Assembly (NCBI GenBank): GCA_965208675.1
Contig: OZ242351.1
Span: 3,584,001 to 3,648,000, forward strand
DNA from: Candidatus Poribacteria bacterium
GTDB taxonomy: Bacteria; Poribacteria; WGA-4E; PCPOR2b
DNA length: 64,000 nucleotides
Direction: 5' to 3'
The translations under genes and the position numbers were made by a program. Shown piece by piece: positions 43,434 through 53,237 of the stretch. The first letter of the stretch is position 1, and every line of letters begins with the position of its first letter. The notes under the pieces are model-generated. The model saw nothing but the letters and a program-made list of their open reading frames with translations, did no database searches and had not been told where the DNA came from.

Positions 43434-43481
43434 TGCGCTTGTACAGCAGCATGGCAGAAGCATTTTAAAACTGAATATTTA

Positions 43482-43662
43482 TTCGATTCAGGTGCTAGCA
43501 ATCGTTTGCGATTGTGGAGAATAGGGAAGCGCGGTGAGAATCCGCCACGGCCCCGCCACTGTGAACGGCGAGTAATCGTGTCCACAACGCCACTGTCCCA
43601 GCGTGTTGAGATGGGAAGGCGGACACGGGTTGTCGGAAGTCAGGAGACCTGCCTGAAGCGAG
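43482..43662 (+). ncRNA. Cobalamin (B12) riboswitch
   Basis: AGGTGC..AATAGGGAAgcgcGGTGAGAATCCgccACGGCCCCGCCACTGT..GCCACTG..GGGAAGGC..AGTCAGGAGACCTGCC. Confidence 0.95.
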
Positions 43663-43747
43663 TTTCACACAGAGTTTTCGCGGGAAGGCTGTGAACCAGA
43701 GACTTTGTTCCTTTTGCCGAAGCGGCGGCGTAGGAAAAACGAACTGC

Positions 43748-43782
43748 ACCCCAGTTTTCTATATGAAAACTGGGGTTTTTTG
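43748..43782 (+). terminator. Riboswitch expression-platform terminator
   Basis: accccagttttc-tatat-gaaaactggggt + T-run. Confidence 0.85.
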
Positions 43783-43869
43783 TTTCTGGAGTCCGAAAAA
43801 GGCTGTTTCCGTTAGCAGTCCTTCCACACCTCAAACGGTATTTCCATATAAGAAAGGACAGTCAAACCT

Positions 43870-45585
43870 ATGAAGAATAGACTCCAATATGCGTTAACCT
43901 TCGTCGCCGCGGCGTTGGTGCTTGTTGCATTTCCGGCATTAGCCGCAAATGAAGTTCAGAATCTGGCGGTGGTCGTCAATGCCTTGGCAAATCCGGATCT
44001 TGGAATTTCCACATCCCTATCGATTGTGGACCTCGACGAGCCGGATGTTGAACGAGCAGTCGAGAATGAGATTATTCCGCTCGGATCGGCTCCAACCGGC
44101 ATTGAGGTTCGAGGCGATTTGGGGTACGTCGTCAACACGTTCAGCGATAACGTACAAATTGTAAATTTGAGACATAGGGTCAGCCTCGGAACAATCCCGA
44201 TTGGAACTGGCACCCTGCCGCAAAAAATCGCATTCATCAACGATTCCAAAGCGTATGTCACGTGCAATGGAACGAATGATATCAGGGTTGTCGATGTAAA
44301 AGGGCGAAGCGTGATTAACACCATCCCGGGGGGCTTGAAACCCTCGGGGATAACGATAATCAATGACAAGGCTTATGTGACGAACTCGGCGTGGGAATGG
44401 GATGGACAGGTCACCTACAAGGATAGCAGCGTTACAGTGATCGATATATGGACGGATACCGTCTTAAAGACGATTGATGTCCCGACGAACGCTACAGGCA
44501 TTACAAACGACGGTGAGTCTAGGGTCCTCGTAACCTCGACAGGCGATTACAATACTATCTTGGGCAAACTTGTATTTATCAATGCAAACCGTGATGAAGT
44601 TGAAAAGGTCGTTGACCTTAGAGTGACACCGGGTTTCTCGCTTGTCATAAACAGTATGCAGCACGCTTTTTTCACCGGTGGGGTCGGTTTTTTCTCCACA
44701 AACGACCTAGGTTTGATGGTTTACGACCTAGAGAGAGAAAAGTGGATACGTGATCGAAACGATGCGCTTGCGGATTTCGCTGGCGGTGGAGGGTTAGCCA
44801 TTGATGAGAATGACACCATTTATGTCGCTGTTCCTGATTGGACCGGGGCAAGGCTGGATGAACTGCGTGTCATGGCGCCTGATGAAACCCTTGACAGAAC
44901 CTACCGCGTCGGCCCTGGTGCGAGCGCCGTCGCAATTGCACAGATTCAACCGCTTGAACCGCCGGCGGTTGATGTAAACAGCGACGGCGTCGTAGATGCC
45001 GCCGATTTGGTTCTCGTCGCCCGCAATTTCGGCCAGACTGGGGCTACAGGCGATGTTAATTCGGATGGCATCATCGACATATTTGATTTAGTGCTCGTCG
45101 CCAAGCGATTCGGAGAGGATGTTGCCGCCGCGCCGCCGTATCGGCAATTGCCAACCGTCAACGCCGCGGCTGATACCGCACATATCCAACGCGCGATTAC
45201 TGAGTTAGAATCGTATCCCGATCAGTCCCCCATCATCCGGTTTATTGCCGACTATTTACAGGCGTATCTTACATCGGCGCAGCCAACTGTGTTAGAAACT
45301 GAGTTGCTCGCAAACTTCCCGAATCCGTTCAACCCGGAGACCTGGATGCCGTATCATCTCGCCCACGCTGCTGATGTAACGCTCACCATCTATGACGCAA
45401 AAGGAGCGGTAGTGCGGGAATTAAACATCGGGCATCAACCTGCAGGACTATACGCCGATAAAGCCAAGGCAGTGTATTGGGACGGAAAATCGAAGACCGG
45501 AGAGCTCGTCTCAAGCGGCGTCTATTTCTATCAACTTCGCGCAGGGGATTATTCACAAGTGCGCCGCATGGCAATTCTCAAGTAA
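43870..45585 (+). CDS. Secreted YncE/BtuG-like beta-propeller + dockerin + FlgD/T9SS-CTD-like domain
   Basis: Signal peptide; AYVTN/GYVVN blades; DVNSDGVVD..DL twice; NFPNPFNPETW..YWDG..SGVYFY. Confidence 0.85.
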   Translation: MKNRLQYALTFVAAALVLVAFPALAANEVQNLAVVVNALANPDLGISTSLSIVDLDEPDVERAVENEIIPLGSAPTGIEVRGDLGYVVNTFSDNVQIVNLRHRVSLGTIPIGTGTLPQKIAFINDSKAYVTCNGTNDIRVVDVKGRSVINTIPGGLKPSGITIINDKAYVTNSAWEWDGQVTYKDSSVTVIDIWTDTVLKTIDVPTNATGITNDGESRVLVTSTGDYNTILGKLVFINANRDEVEKVVDLRVTPGFSLVINSMQHAFFTGGVGFFSTNDLGLMVYDLEREKWIRDRNDALADFAGGGGLAIDENDTIYVAVPDWTGARLDELRVMAPDETLDRTYRVGPGASAVAIAQIQPLEPPAVDVNSDGVVDAADLVLVARNFGQTGATGDVNSDGIIDIFDLVLVAKRFGEDVAAAPPYRQLPTVNAAADTAHIQRAITELESYPDQSPIIRFIADYLQAYLTSAQPTVLETELLANFPNPFNPETWMPYHLAHAADVTLTIYDAKGAVVRELNIGHQPAGLYADKAKAVYWDGKSKTGELVSSGVYFYQLRAGDYSQVRRMAILK

Positions 45586-45730
45586 ACCCGTAAACTACCG
45601 GGAGAAACCGAGTTTTTTTCTTCATAACTCGGTTTCTTTAAGAGTGCAATTGAGAACATCGGATTTCAGGCGTTAAGTCTAGTGGATTTCAACCCTTCAA
45701 CATTGAGTATTCTATATAAGGAGAAAACTA

Positions 45731-46780
45731 ATGAAACAATTCCCCAAGGTTACTTTTTTTGCTGTAATCGTCTGCTTGTCGATTCCAGCAACCAGTCTTG
45801 CACAGACTGTCGTATCGTTCAATCCCCCTGTAATGGAATCACCAGACACCGCACAGCAATTTACTATTGATGTTCAAATCTCAAATGCAACCGATGTCTT
45901 CGGATATCAAATCGCTCTCACATTCGACTCAACGGCACTCGCATACGTCAGCGTCCAAAATGGAGACTTCTTAGCGGGATCCATCGGCCCGCCAACGCTT
46001 CCCCCAATCGTCGCTGACGGCGAAATCAAGTTCGGTGCAACCCTATTAGGGGCAGTGCCCGGTGTCAATGGAGACGGAACACTCGCAACCGTTACGTTTG
46101 AAGTCGTTGCCGTGAAAACATCTGCACTCGGACTTGATGTTAAGGTGATAGATTCAAACGACCAGCAGTTGGAATTGACAACTGAATCAGGCACGATTAC
46201 CGGCGCACCGCTCGAACCTGTGAGAACTGAACCGGAAGGTGATGTGTTATCGTTCGAAGCAACAATTTCGAGCGCAAACACACCAGCCAAAGGCTTTATC
46301 GCGCTATGGGAAGGAACGATGGAGATACAGGCGGGTACGTCCATTGAATACCAGGTGATGTTCTCAGGGATTAGCGTCCACACACAAGGCGGTGCCTACG
46401 CTCACACTGCCGACGGTAGAATCGTTGGTCTCGTTGATGATGCTGCTGGGTCAGATTGGCAACACCGCAAGGTCTCACTCGACGACATTGCTGGCAGTGA
46501 AATTGTTGCGATAACAGTTGGCACGGATAACGGAGACAATCCGGATAATCCAGCGGGGTTATTTGGAATGGTGATTGACAACGTGCAGATAACCAGCGAC
46601 GCGGGTGTTTTGACGAAGGTATGGGTTGACGAAAGTACGATTGGCGGTGCGCAGGAGGCGGCTGCGCCGTTCGGCGATTCGACCGGTGTTGAGGGCATGC
46701 GGGCATTCATCTCTGCCGTTTCTGTCGAACCGCAATCGAAGATGTTGACAAGTTGGGCGCATCTTAAAGCAGTGCGTTGA
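45731..46780 (+). CDS. Secreted cohesin-domain protein with C-terminal sorting-like motif
   Basis: FTIDV..GYQ..LTFD..GDFL..GDGTLATVTFEV; tail VEPQSKMLTSWAHLK. Confidence 0.82.
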   Translation: MKQFPKVTFFAVIVCLSIPATSLAQTVVSFNPPVMESPDTAQQFTIDVQISNATDVFGYQIALTFDSTALAYVSVQNGDFLAGSIGPPTLPPIVADGEIKFGATLLGAVPGVNGDGTLATVTFEVVAVKTSALGLDVKVIDSNDQQLELTTESGTITGAPLEPVRTEPEGDVLSFEATISSANTPAKGFIALWEGTMEIQAGTSIEYQVMFSGISVHTQGGAYAHTADGRIVGLVDDAAGSDWQHRKVSLDDIAGSEIVAITVGTDNGDNPDNPAGLFGMVIDNVQITSDAGVLTKVWVDESTIGGAQEAAAPFGDSTGVEGMRAFISAVSVEPQSKMLTSWAHLKAVR

Positions 46781-46795
46781 ACGAGCCACTACCTT

Positions 46796-46903
46796 CATAT
46801 TCTGCGAGACGACGCAGATTTAAACCGCATTCGCCAATACATCTCCGATAATCCGATGCAATGGGAGTTGGATCGATTTCAGCCCAACAATTTCACCAAT
46901 TAA
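46796..46903 (+). pseudogene. C-terminal remnant of REP-associated tyrosine transposase (RAYT)
   Basis: HILRDDADLNRIRQYISDNPMQW, no start; followed by a REP pair. Confidence 0.8.
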
Positions 46904-46908
46904 TCCCC

Positions 46909-46964
46909 GTAGGGGCTGGGTCCCCTAGCCCGTATTTGAACGGGCGAGGTAACCTCGCCCCTAC
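46909..46964. repeat. Inverted GTAG-type REP pair
   Basis: GTAGGGGCTGGGTCCCCTAGCCC ... GGGCGAGGTAACCTCGCCCCTAC. Confidence 0.85.
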
Positions 46965-47482
46965 GGTAGTTTAAACCTCACTTTTCGTACGCGATCAAGT
47001 GAGTGTATGGCGAGCGCGATAGGGATCCGCTCACTAACCGCACCGGACATCGCATCGAATCGCCGCCATCGTCTTTGGCCAATGCGACTAAAAATTACAC
47101 ATTTACGCATTGGTTTGTGGGAGAGGCTCTAAAACTATCGCACTCCCTCTTTGGTCGCTTGATCCTCGATTATCAATCAGCCGATCCCTCCTTGTGTAAA
47201 TATGAACCGAAATGACTATAAATGAATGGTAGTCCTTCGGTCCAAAATAGACGCCGCTTGCCCTGGAGATTCACGGGCGGTAATAAGCTTGACAAGAGAG
47301 AGTAAGGAAGCGGTACAAAACACGGTACCGGATAGTGGAGAGAATCTTCCTGCTTACCTGATTTTCCCGGAGACGAACATAGCCTGTACCATTAAATTTC
47401 AGATTATGCTCAAACCATGACCCAGCTTCACACAACTGCTTTTCCCGATAAGCAATCTTGTCTTGATTAGGTATATGTGTCA

Positions 47483-47857
47483 TCAGCTTCCCTTTCTTTC
47501 TTTTCTCACCTGATTTGCAGCGGACGCACTGCGCGCATTGGAAGATCGACTGCTCAATCGTTGAGCGAGTGTCGTAAGGACGCGGAAATCCTCTTTGGAA
47601 CACTTGCGCAACGCTGTGAGGAGCGCCTCATAAAGATGTTCCCACACTTCATCTTCCCGAAATTCAAACATATCTTTCGGCGCGACACCTAACGCACGGG
47701 CAATCCGGTCCAAGGTTTTGATGGATAGTGCACGCTGTCCGCGTTCAACGTACCCTATAAAGTTTGTGCTTACATCCGCAGCTTCAGCGAACTGTTCCTG
47801 CGTCAACCCCGCCGCTTTTCGCAGTGCCCGTATCTTCACGCCTAGTTTGTATGCCAA
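47483..47857 (-). CDS. XRE/Cro-C1 HTH regulator (controller-protein-like)
   Basis: IRALRK..GLTQEQFAE..FIGYVERG..TLDRIARALGV. Confidence 0.9.
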   Translation of the reverse strand: MAYKLGVKIRALRKAAGLTQEQFAEAADVSTNFIGYVERGQRALSIKTLDRIARALGVAPKDMFEFREDEVWEHLYEALLTALRKCSKEDFRVLTTLAQRLSSRSSNARSASAANQVRKERKGS

Positions 47858-48241
47858 ACTCTGTGTTCTCAGAATAAGACTCCCCTCTCTGTAAAAGCCT
47901 TAAGCACGCTATCTTAACACCTATAGCGAGTAGTGAACACAAACGACGTGGATACAATTGTAGTTATTAATATACACTAATAGTATGGTTTTTTGTTGAC
48001 TTAAATAAATATGTAGTTTAGATTATAGGAAGTAAGGATGGTAATTGGGGCGCCCGATACCATATCTTGGGCAGACCGGTGTCATTTTGCAGTTAATAAC
48101 GAATAGAATTTACCCTTAAAGCGGTTTCAATCAATTATATTTTCTAACTCAATCAATCCACATATCGCACGCGGCCCATTGTCTACACCGCTCAACCCAA
48201 CCTACAAAAACTGAAATCCTTAGGCGGAGAAAAGCGGAACT

Positions 48242-48484
48242 ATGAAATACCTAACAGTAGTGAGCGTCCAATGCGATAAGATTGTCCCCTTGATGCTCCC
48301 TCTGGATTTTGACACGCGGTTAGAAATTGCTCAGAAAGCCTGGAATCTCGGCGTGGATTGGGACGAATATTGTTACGATCACATGAGTCGAGACGTTGTC
48401 GCTGTCCCTCATGAATTAGCGAAGGAATGTCGCGCACTACTTTCTCAATTGCAGGATGCAATGTCCCAATTACTCGACACTTGA
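48242..48484 (+). CDS. Small hypothetical protein
   Basis: 80 aa, GGAG upstream, helical. Confidence 0.5.
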   Translation: MKYLTVVSVQCDKIVPLMLPLDFDTRLEIAQKAWNLGVDWDEYCYDHMSRDVVAVPHELAKECRALLSQLQDAMSQLLDT

Positions 48485-48619
48485 ACTGGGCTGGTGTAAC
48501 CAAACACTCGCCTAAGATTTTGTAGGTTGGGAAAAATCGCCTGAGCGAATGATTCAAATGATCGATACGCGAATTCGATGGTGATTCTATTTGGATTCAA
48601 AATGTAGTTGGAGTTGGCC

Positions 48620-50488
48620 ATGATTTCTGAATATGTAGTTGTAGAAGAAGTTGTTAGTTACTTCTCCACGCCGCGGTTTGAACGCGTTAGCGTAAAAAGA
48701 GAGGATGAAATTCAGTTTGGATCGCGTACAGGCTACGCCGATGTTGTGTTGCTTGACGACAAAGCGCACCGCGTCGCGATCATTGAGTGCAAGAAGGTTG
48801 GTTACGAAGGTAACGGCATTGAGCAACTAAAGTCCTATCTTTCCGCAACTAGTACCGTGTTTGGCGGATTTGCCAATAGCACAGACCCTGATGACTGGTA
48901 TTTTTGTGAAAATCTAGGGGCAAATAGGTTTAGAGAAATTACACGTTCTCGGTTTGAAGCGAGGGTTCTCAAATTAGGCATATTTGGATCGATAACCAAT
49001 TTTTTTAAGAGAATTTTTACACGGCGAAAATCCACTCCGCCCGTTGAGTCTAATGAACGAATCATAACCCAATCAGCGCCGTATTATACACCCTTTTCAT
49101 ATACCACTGGAGGATTCCCCCCTGTGCAAAACGAAAATACGGAACCTAGTTTGAATGACAAGCCTTACTATGCTGAAGAAAATGGCTTTAATTGGGCCGG
49201 ATACCAACGTGGCAACACCAATTGTATTGAGTTGCACGTGACCCGAGTAATCTATAACGAAGAATTGAGGTTTTTGCCCGATCGAAACGCTGTTCATGAT
49301 GAGATTAACTCCAAATCCGAAAAGATTGAAAAATTAGAATCACAGAAAAACGATCTTGAGACGGCACGCGAGAAGTACCGACAAGAAGTCGAGGACAAAA
49401 ACAAAGAACTGGTGGAACTCGAGATTAAGGCAGACGCGCCAACCGAAGCGGAATTGGAGACCCCGGCGCCAAATGCTCAATCTGAAAATAATAGCCGGAA
49501 ACGGACTTGGAGCAACTACTTAATCTGGATACTGCCCGTGTTGTTCGCAGCGTACATTTTCATATTCTACGCTTCGGCTATTGATAAAGCCTTTTTCTTA
49601 AACGAAGCCGCAATACAGAATCAGGTGAAAACAGGAAATTACTCTGGAATCCAAGACATTGTTAATCCAGGAGCAATCTATAAAACGCTGACGTTACCGC
49701 CCAATCTGCTTGTCGTATTCTTTCCAATTGTGTTTTTGGCACTTGCAAAGTTGGTGGAGTATTTGTTGGATCACGTGGTCGATTGGTGGAATGAATTTAG
49801 ACGGAGGGCGTATTGGTTTTTGGGAGGACTGATTATGGTGGTAGTAACTATTTTTGTTTTTGACGTGATACTTGCCAACCAGATTTCGAAAAAAATACAT
49901 GTGGCTAGGGATCAAATCGACAAGCGGTTGGGAGGAGAAGGCTTGGGAGATTGGCCCATAAATCCTCTGAATCCTTTGACCTACGATCTTGATATGTGGA
50001 CGGTTGTTTTTTGCGGGTTTGTCTCTGCCTTACTTTATAGCGGGGTATGGTATTGTACCGCAAGAAAATGGAAGCAAATGGGTGTGATAACACCTGATCA
50101 CAGACAATTGAAGGTACAACAACATTGCATTGACAATGAGACTATAGCGCGTAAGGCGAGAATAGCAGGACTGAAGAAAGAAATAGAGAATCATGAAGCC
50201 ATCGCCACTCGATGCGACGATGAGCTCAATCCGCTATTACAGCAGCTAAAAGAGGAGCGTGAGACAATTAGCGAGTTGAAAGAATCGCTAAAGAGACCTC
50301 TGATTAACCGTAGCGAACTGCTAAAGCGTGTAAATCAATTCTTGAACGGATGGTGTAGATTCCTAGCGCAAAGCGGTGCACCAGACCATAAAAATGAGAT
50401 TGAAAATGTGAGAAGGATTGCCTATGAAACGCTTGATCGAGAGCTTGCCGGACGTTATTCGGTACAATCACAGGAGCATCCCGCATAA
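48620..50488 (+). CDS. HsdR_N-like PD-(D/E)xK nuclease + coiled coil + ~4 TM + coiled coil
   Basis: ADVVL..IIECK..GIEQLKSYL; heptads; four hydrophobic segments. Confidence 0.8.
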   Translation: MISEYVVVEEVVSYFSTPRFERVSVKREDEIQFGSRTGYADVVLLDDKAHRVAIIECKKVGYEGNGIEQLKSYLSATSTVFGGFANSTDPDDWYFCENLGANRFREITRSRFEARVLKLGIFGSITNFFKRIFTRRKSTPPVESNERIITQSAPYYTPFSYTTGGFPPVQNENTEPSLNDKPYYAEENGFNWAGYQRGNTNCIELHVTRVIYNEELRFLPDRNAVHDEINSKSEKIEKLESQKNDLETAREKYRQEVEDKNKELVELEIKADAPTEAELETPAPNAQSENNSRKRTWSNYLIWILPVLFAAYIFIFYASAIDKAFFLNEAAIQNQVKTGNYSGIQDIVNPGAIYKTLTLPPNLLVVFFPIVFLALAKLVEYLLDHVVDWWNEFRRRAYWFLGGLIMVVVTIFVFDVILANQISKKIHVARDQIDKRLGGEGLGDWPINPLNPLTYDLDMWTVVFCGFVSALLYSGVWYCTARKWKQMGVITPDHRQLKVQQHCIDNETIARKARIAGLKKEIENHEAIATRCDDELNPLLQQLKEERETISELKESLKRPLINRSELLKRVNQFLNGWCRFLAQSGAPDHKNEIENVRRIAYETLDRELAGRYSVQSQEHPA

Positions 50489-51398
50489 AAAGACGTACTT
50501 TTTCTCGTTGGGGTTGCTGTGTATGTTGTCCTCCATCATGAGTTGCGAAAGTTGCAATGGTTGCAATTCAACTCTAGATGTTCAACGTAAGCCTATAAAC
50601 ATCGTTGTCATTCTTGATACCTCCGACCGAATTGATGAACGCAAACATCCCGACCAGATAACAATCGATAAGGAACTGGTAAATGGCATCATAGACTCCT
50701 ATCACCGCTATGCGAGGGAAGAGATGTTTTTAATCCCCGATCGTTTGACGTTTATCGTTCCTGAACAGCCCGCGACGGATGCTATTCCACTTAATGTTAC
50801 AAAGAGGTTAAAGATATGGCCGACGCGGACGGCCACCACGGAGGGGGCAAACGCGTTCAAAAAGTTGGAAAATGAAGCACGGTCGGCGGTGGAGGACGTA
50901 TATGCGTTTGTAAAGAACCAAAACAGATATACAGGATCGGATATTTGGAATTGGTTTCGACTACAGTGCGATGGGTGTTTAAACCACGATATGCGGAACA
51001 TAATTATTTGTCTGTCTGACGGATACTTGGATTTTGACAGGAGTATTCAGGAAAAACGCCCCAAATTAAACAATAAAACGTCGTATATGCGCTTCGATTT
51101 GATTAAGAGATTAGCAGACGATCCTGGCTGGAAATCAGTGTTTAACGACGAAGGACATGGACTACTGGAATTTGAACAGGATTTCTCTGATTACGATGTC
51201 AAATTTATGATGGTCGAAATGAAACTTCGGGATTTCAACTTGTTATACGAGCGTGAAATAATAGAAACCTATTGGGAGAAATGGCTTTCCTCAATGGGCA
51301 TTACAAAGTCAAAATTTGTATATTCTGGCGCCAACGCCATCGACGCAGTTGAAGATTATTTGTTGCAGGACGATAAGCAATTAACCAAAACACATTGA
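50418..51398 (+). CDS. vWA-like exported protein/lipoprotein (start uncertain)
   Basis: Hydrophobic leader + Cys; IVVILDTSDR, TGSDIW, IICLSDGY (MIDAS-like). Confidence 0.72.
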   Translation: MPMKRLIESLPDVIRYNHRSIPHKKTYFFSLGLLCMLSSIMSCESCNGCNSTLDVQRKPINIVVILDTSDRIDERKHPDQITIDKELVNGIIDSYHRYAREEMFLIPDRLTFIVPEQPATDAIPLNVTKRLKIWPTRTATTEGANAFKKLENEARSAVEDVYAFVKNQNRYTGSDIWNWFRLQCDGCLNHDMRNIIICLSDGYLDFDRSIQEKRPKLNNKTSYMRFDLIKRLADDPGWKSVFNDEGHGLLEFEQDFSDYDVKFMMVEMKLRDFNLLYEREIIETYWEKWLSSMGITKSKFVYSGANAIDAVEDYLLQDDKQLTKTH

Positions 51399-51908
51399 AA
51401 GAGATGGCCAGTCAAAAATTTTTTATAGCTTTTGTAGGTTGAATCTCGCCAGCCGCGACGCCCAACGATTTTGAAGCCTCCGGGAAACCAAATAGCGTTG
51501 TGTTACACTCCGTCAATCAAATTTTCCAATGCAATTGAACCATTTAACGCACGCGCCACATTGAAATTTTTATTGTCTACACCGCTTACCCCATCCCACG
51601 TAGACTTCCTAACCTCGATTATCAATCAGTCGAATCCTCCATGTGTAAATTTGAACCAAAATGACTATATACTAGCACCATTGGTTATGAGAGTCTCTCT
51701 GCTGAAAATTGTTTTTTCTCAATTTCGTGGCGTATTGGATATGCTCCGACAGAGCGGGTGATACTAAATGTTAATTCCTCCTCAGAATCTTTTGAACCAG
51801 GGGTTGGGTTTATGTGGTTTCCCGAGTCCACCTCCACTGCGGTAGTAAACAAGCTGGTGACATCTAAAAGCCACGCGGTGCACAAGCTACTACACTAGTA
51901 AACTATCC

Positions 51909-51943
51909 AAAGCCCTGCATCAGCAGATGCAGGGCTTTTTTTA
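51909..51943 (+). terminator. Strong intrinsic terminator
   Basis: aaagccctgcatc-agca-gatgcagggcttt + T-run. Confidence 0.88.
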
Positions 51944-52236
51944 CGTTTTGGAAACTCCTTGCAAATCTGGCTTGGCTGATTTAAAATTATGCGCGGCATG
52001 ATTATTCCCAAACGTATAATTTTGAGGGTTCAATCAACCAGTGCCTCAAATCCTGCAAATTATTCAATCACATAAATCACAGTTCAGGCAATAATCACCC
52101 TTACGGATGAAAGAAAACTAATGACTATGCAAATGGTTTGGCATTAAATCTAGCGTATGGTAGAATGTAAAGCGATGTCGAACCGCTCTAGCACAACGTA
52201 AGCTGAGATTCTTGAGTCGGATAGGAGAAAACGAAA

Positions 52237-53130
52237 TTGAGTGAACAATTGGGGTTGGGAGTGTTGGGTTTCGGCACGGCGAGCTACGAAATAACCAAAG
52301 GGCTTCATTCGGAGGGGGTGGCGGACAACCGCGTCTGGAAGCGCGAGCCGTGGAGCGATGAAGTCCAAGCGCGCGCAAATGACGCAGGTGTCATCCTGTG
52401 CAGCGAGGCAAACCAGGTTGCCGCTGCGTCGAACATTATCATTTCGCTAGTCGCACCGACCGCGGTCCCGGACGTGGCTCGGCAGGCATGTTCCGGAATC
52501 GCCGGTAAGTTCTATCTCGACCTAAACGCAGCGTCCCTCAAAACCAAGGAGGCGGCAGCGGCGGTAATACAAGAGGCAGGTGGTCGATTTATAGACGGCG
52601 CAATCATGGGGCCCCTGAAACGGCAACGCCACCAAGTCAGCACCGTAATCTCCGGTGAGGGGGCGGAAGAACTCGCTGGCGTACTGCAGGGTTGGGGCAT
52701 GGACGTGCGGGCGATTGGAACCAAAGTCGGGCTCGCTTCAACCGTCAAAATGATTCGAAGTGTCTACACCAAGGGCTTGGAGGCAATCGTCGTGGAGTTT
52801 ATGGTCGCCGCGCACCGTTACGGCGCCACCGAACAGGTGTTTGACTCACTAGAAGAAATTCTTGAGCTGGGGCCGTTCCTGCTCCCGTTCCGGCAGATGG
52901 TCTCTGAGCTAGTTCTCGAACAGGTAGAGTTCGCGGGGCGGAGAGCTGCCGAAATGGAACAGGTAGTTCTTACCATGGAGGAACTTGGCGTTGAACCGCT
53001 GTTGGCGCGCGGTACGCTACAGCGTCTCCGGTGGGTGGCGGATGAAATTAAACTCCGTGACCGCTTTGAAGGTCGGACGCCGTCTAACTACGGAGAAGTG
53101 CTAGATGCCATTGAATCGGCGGCTAAGTAA
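52237..53130 (+). CDS. NAD(P)-dependent oxidoreductase (3-hydroxyisobutyrate DH/DUF1932-like)
   Basis: LGFG, YLDLN, FIDGAIMG, KMIRSV.TKG, RRAAEM. Confidence 0.85.
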   Translation: MSEQLGLGVLGFGTASYEITKGLHSEGVADNRVWKREPWSDEVQARANDAGVILCSEANQVAAASNIIISLVAPTAVPDVARQACSGIAGKFYLDLNAASLKTKEAAAAVIQEAGGRFIDGAIMGPLKRQRHQVSTVISGEGAEELAGVLQGWGMDVRAIGTKVGLASTVKMIRSVYTKGLEAIVVEFMVAAHRYGATEQVFDSLEEILELGPFLLPFRQMVSELVLEQVEFAGRRAAEMEQVVLTMEELGVEPLLARGTLQRLRWVADEIKLRDRFEGRTPSNYGEVLDAIESAAK

Positions 53131-53237
53131 GCGAGTTTGAAATTAGGGCAAGCGCCGTTGCCTAGAGTCAGGGTGACACGGCGGAGCCTTTGCCCGCAAG
53201 CGCAATCATACGAATCCTTTGCGAAAGGAGTATCCAA

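Noticed and set aside
48620-49100. Type I restriction-modification system
   Set aside because: No helicase motifs, hsdM or hsdS.
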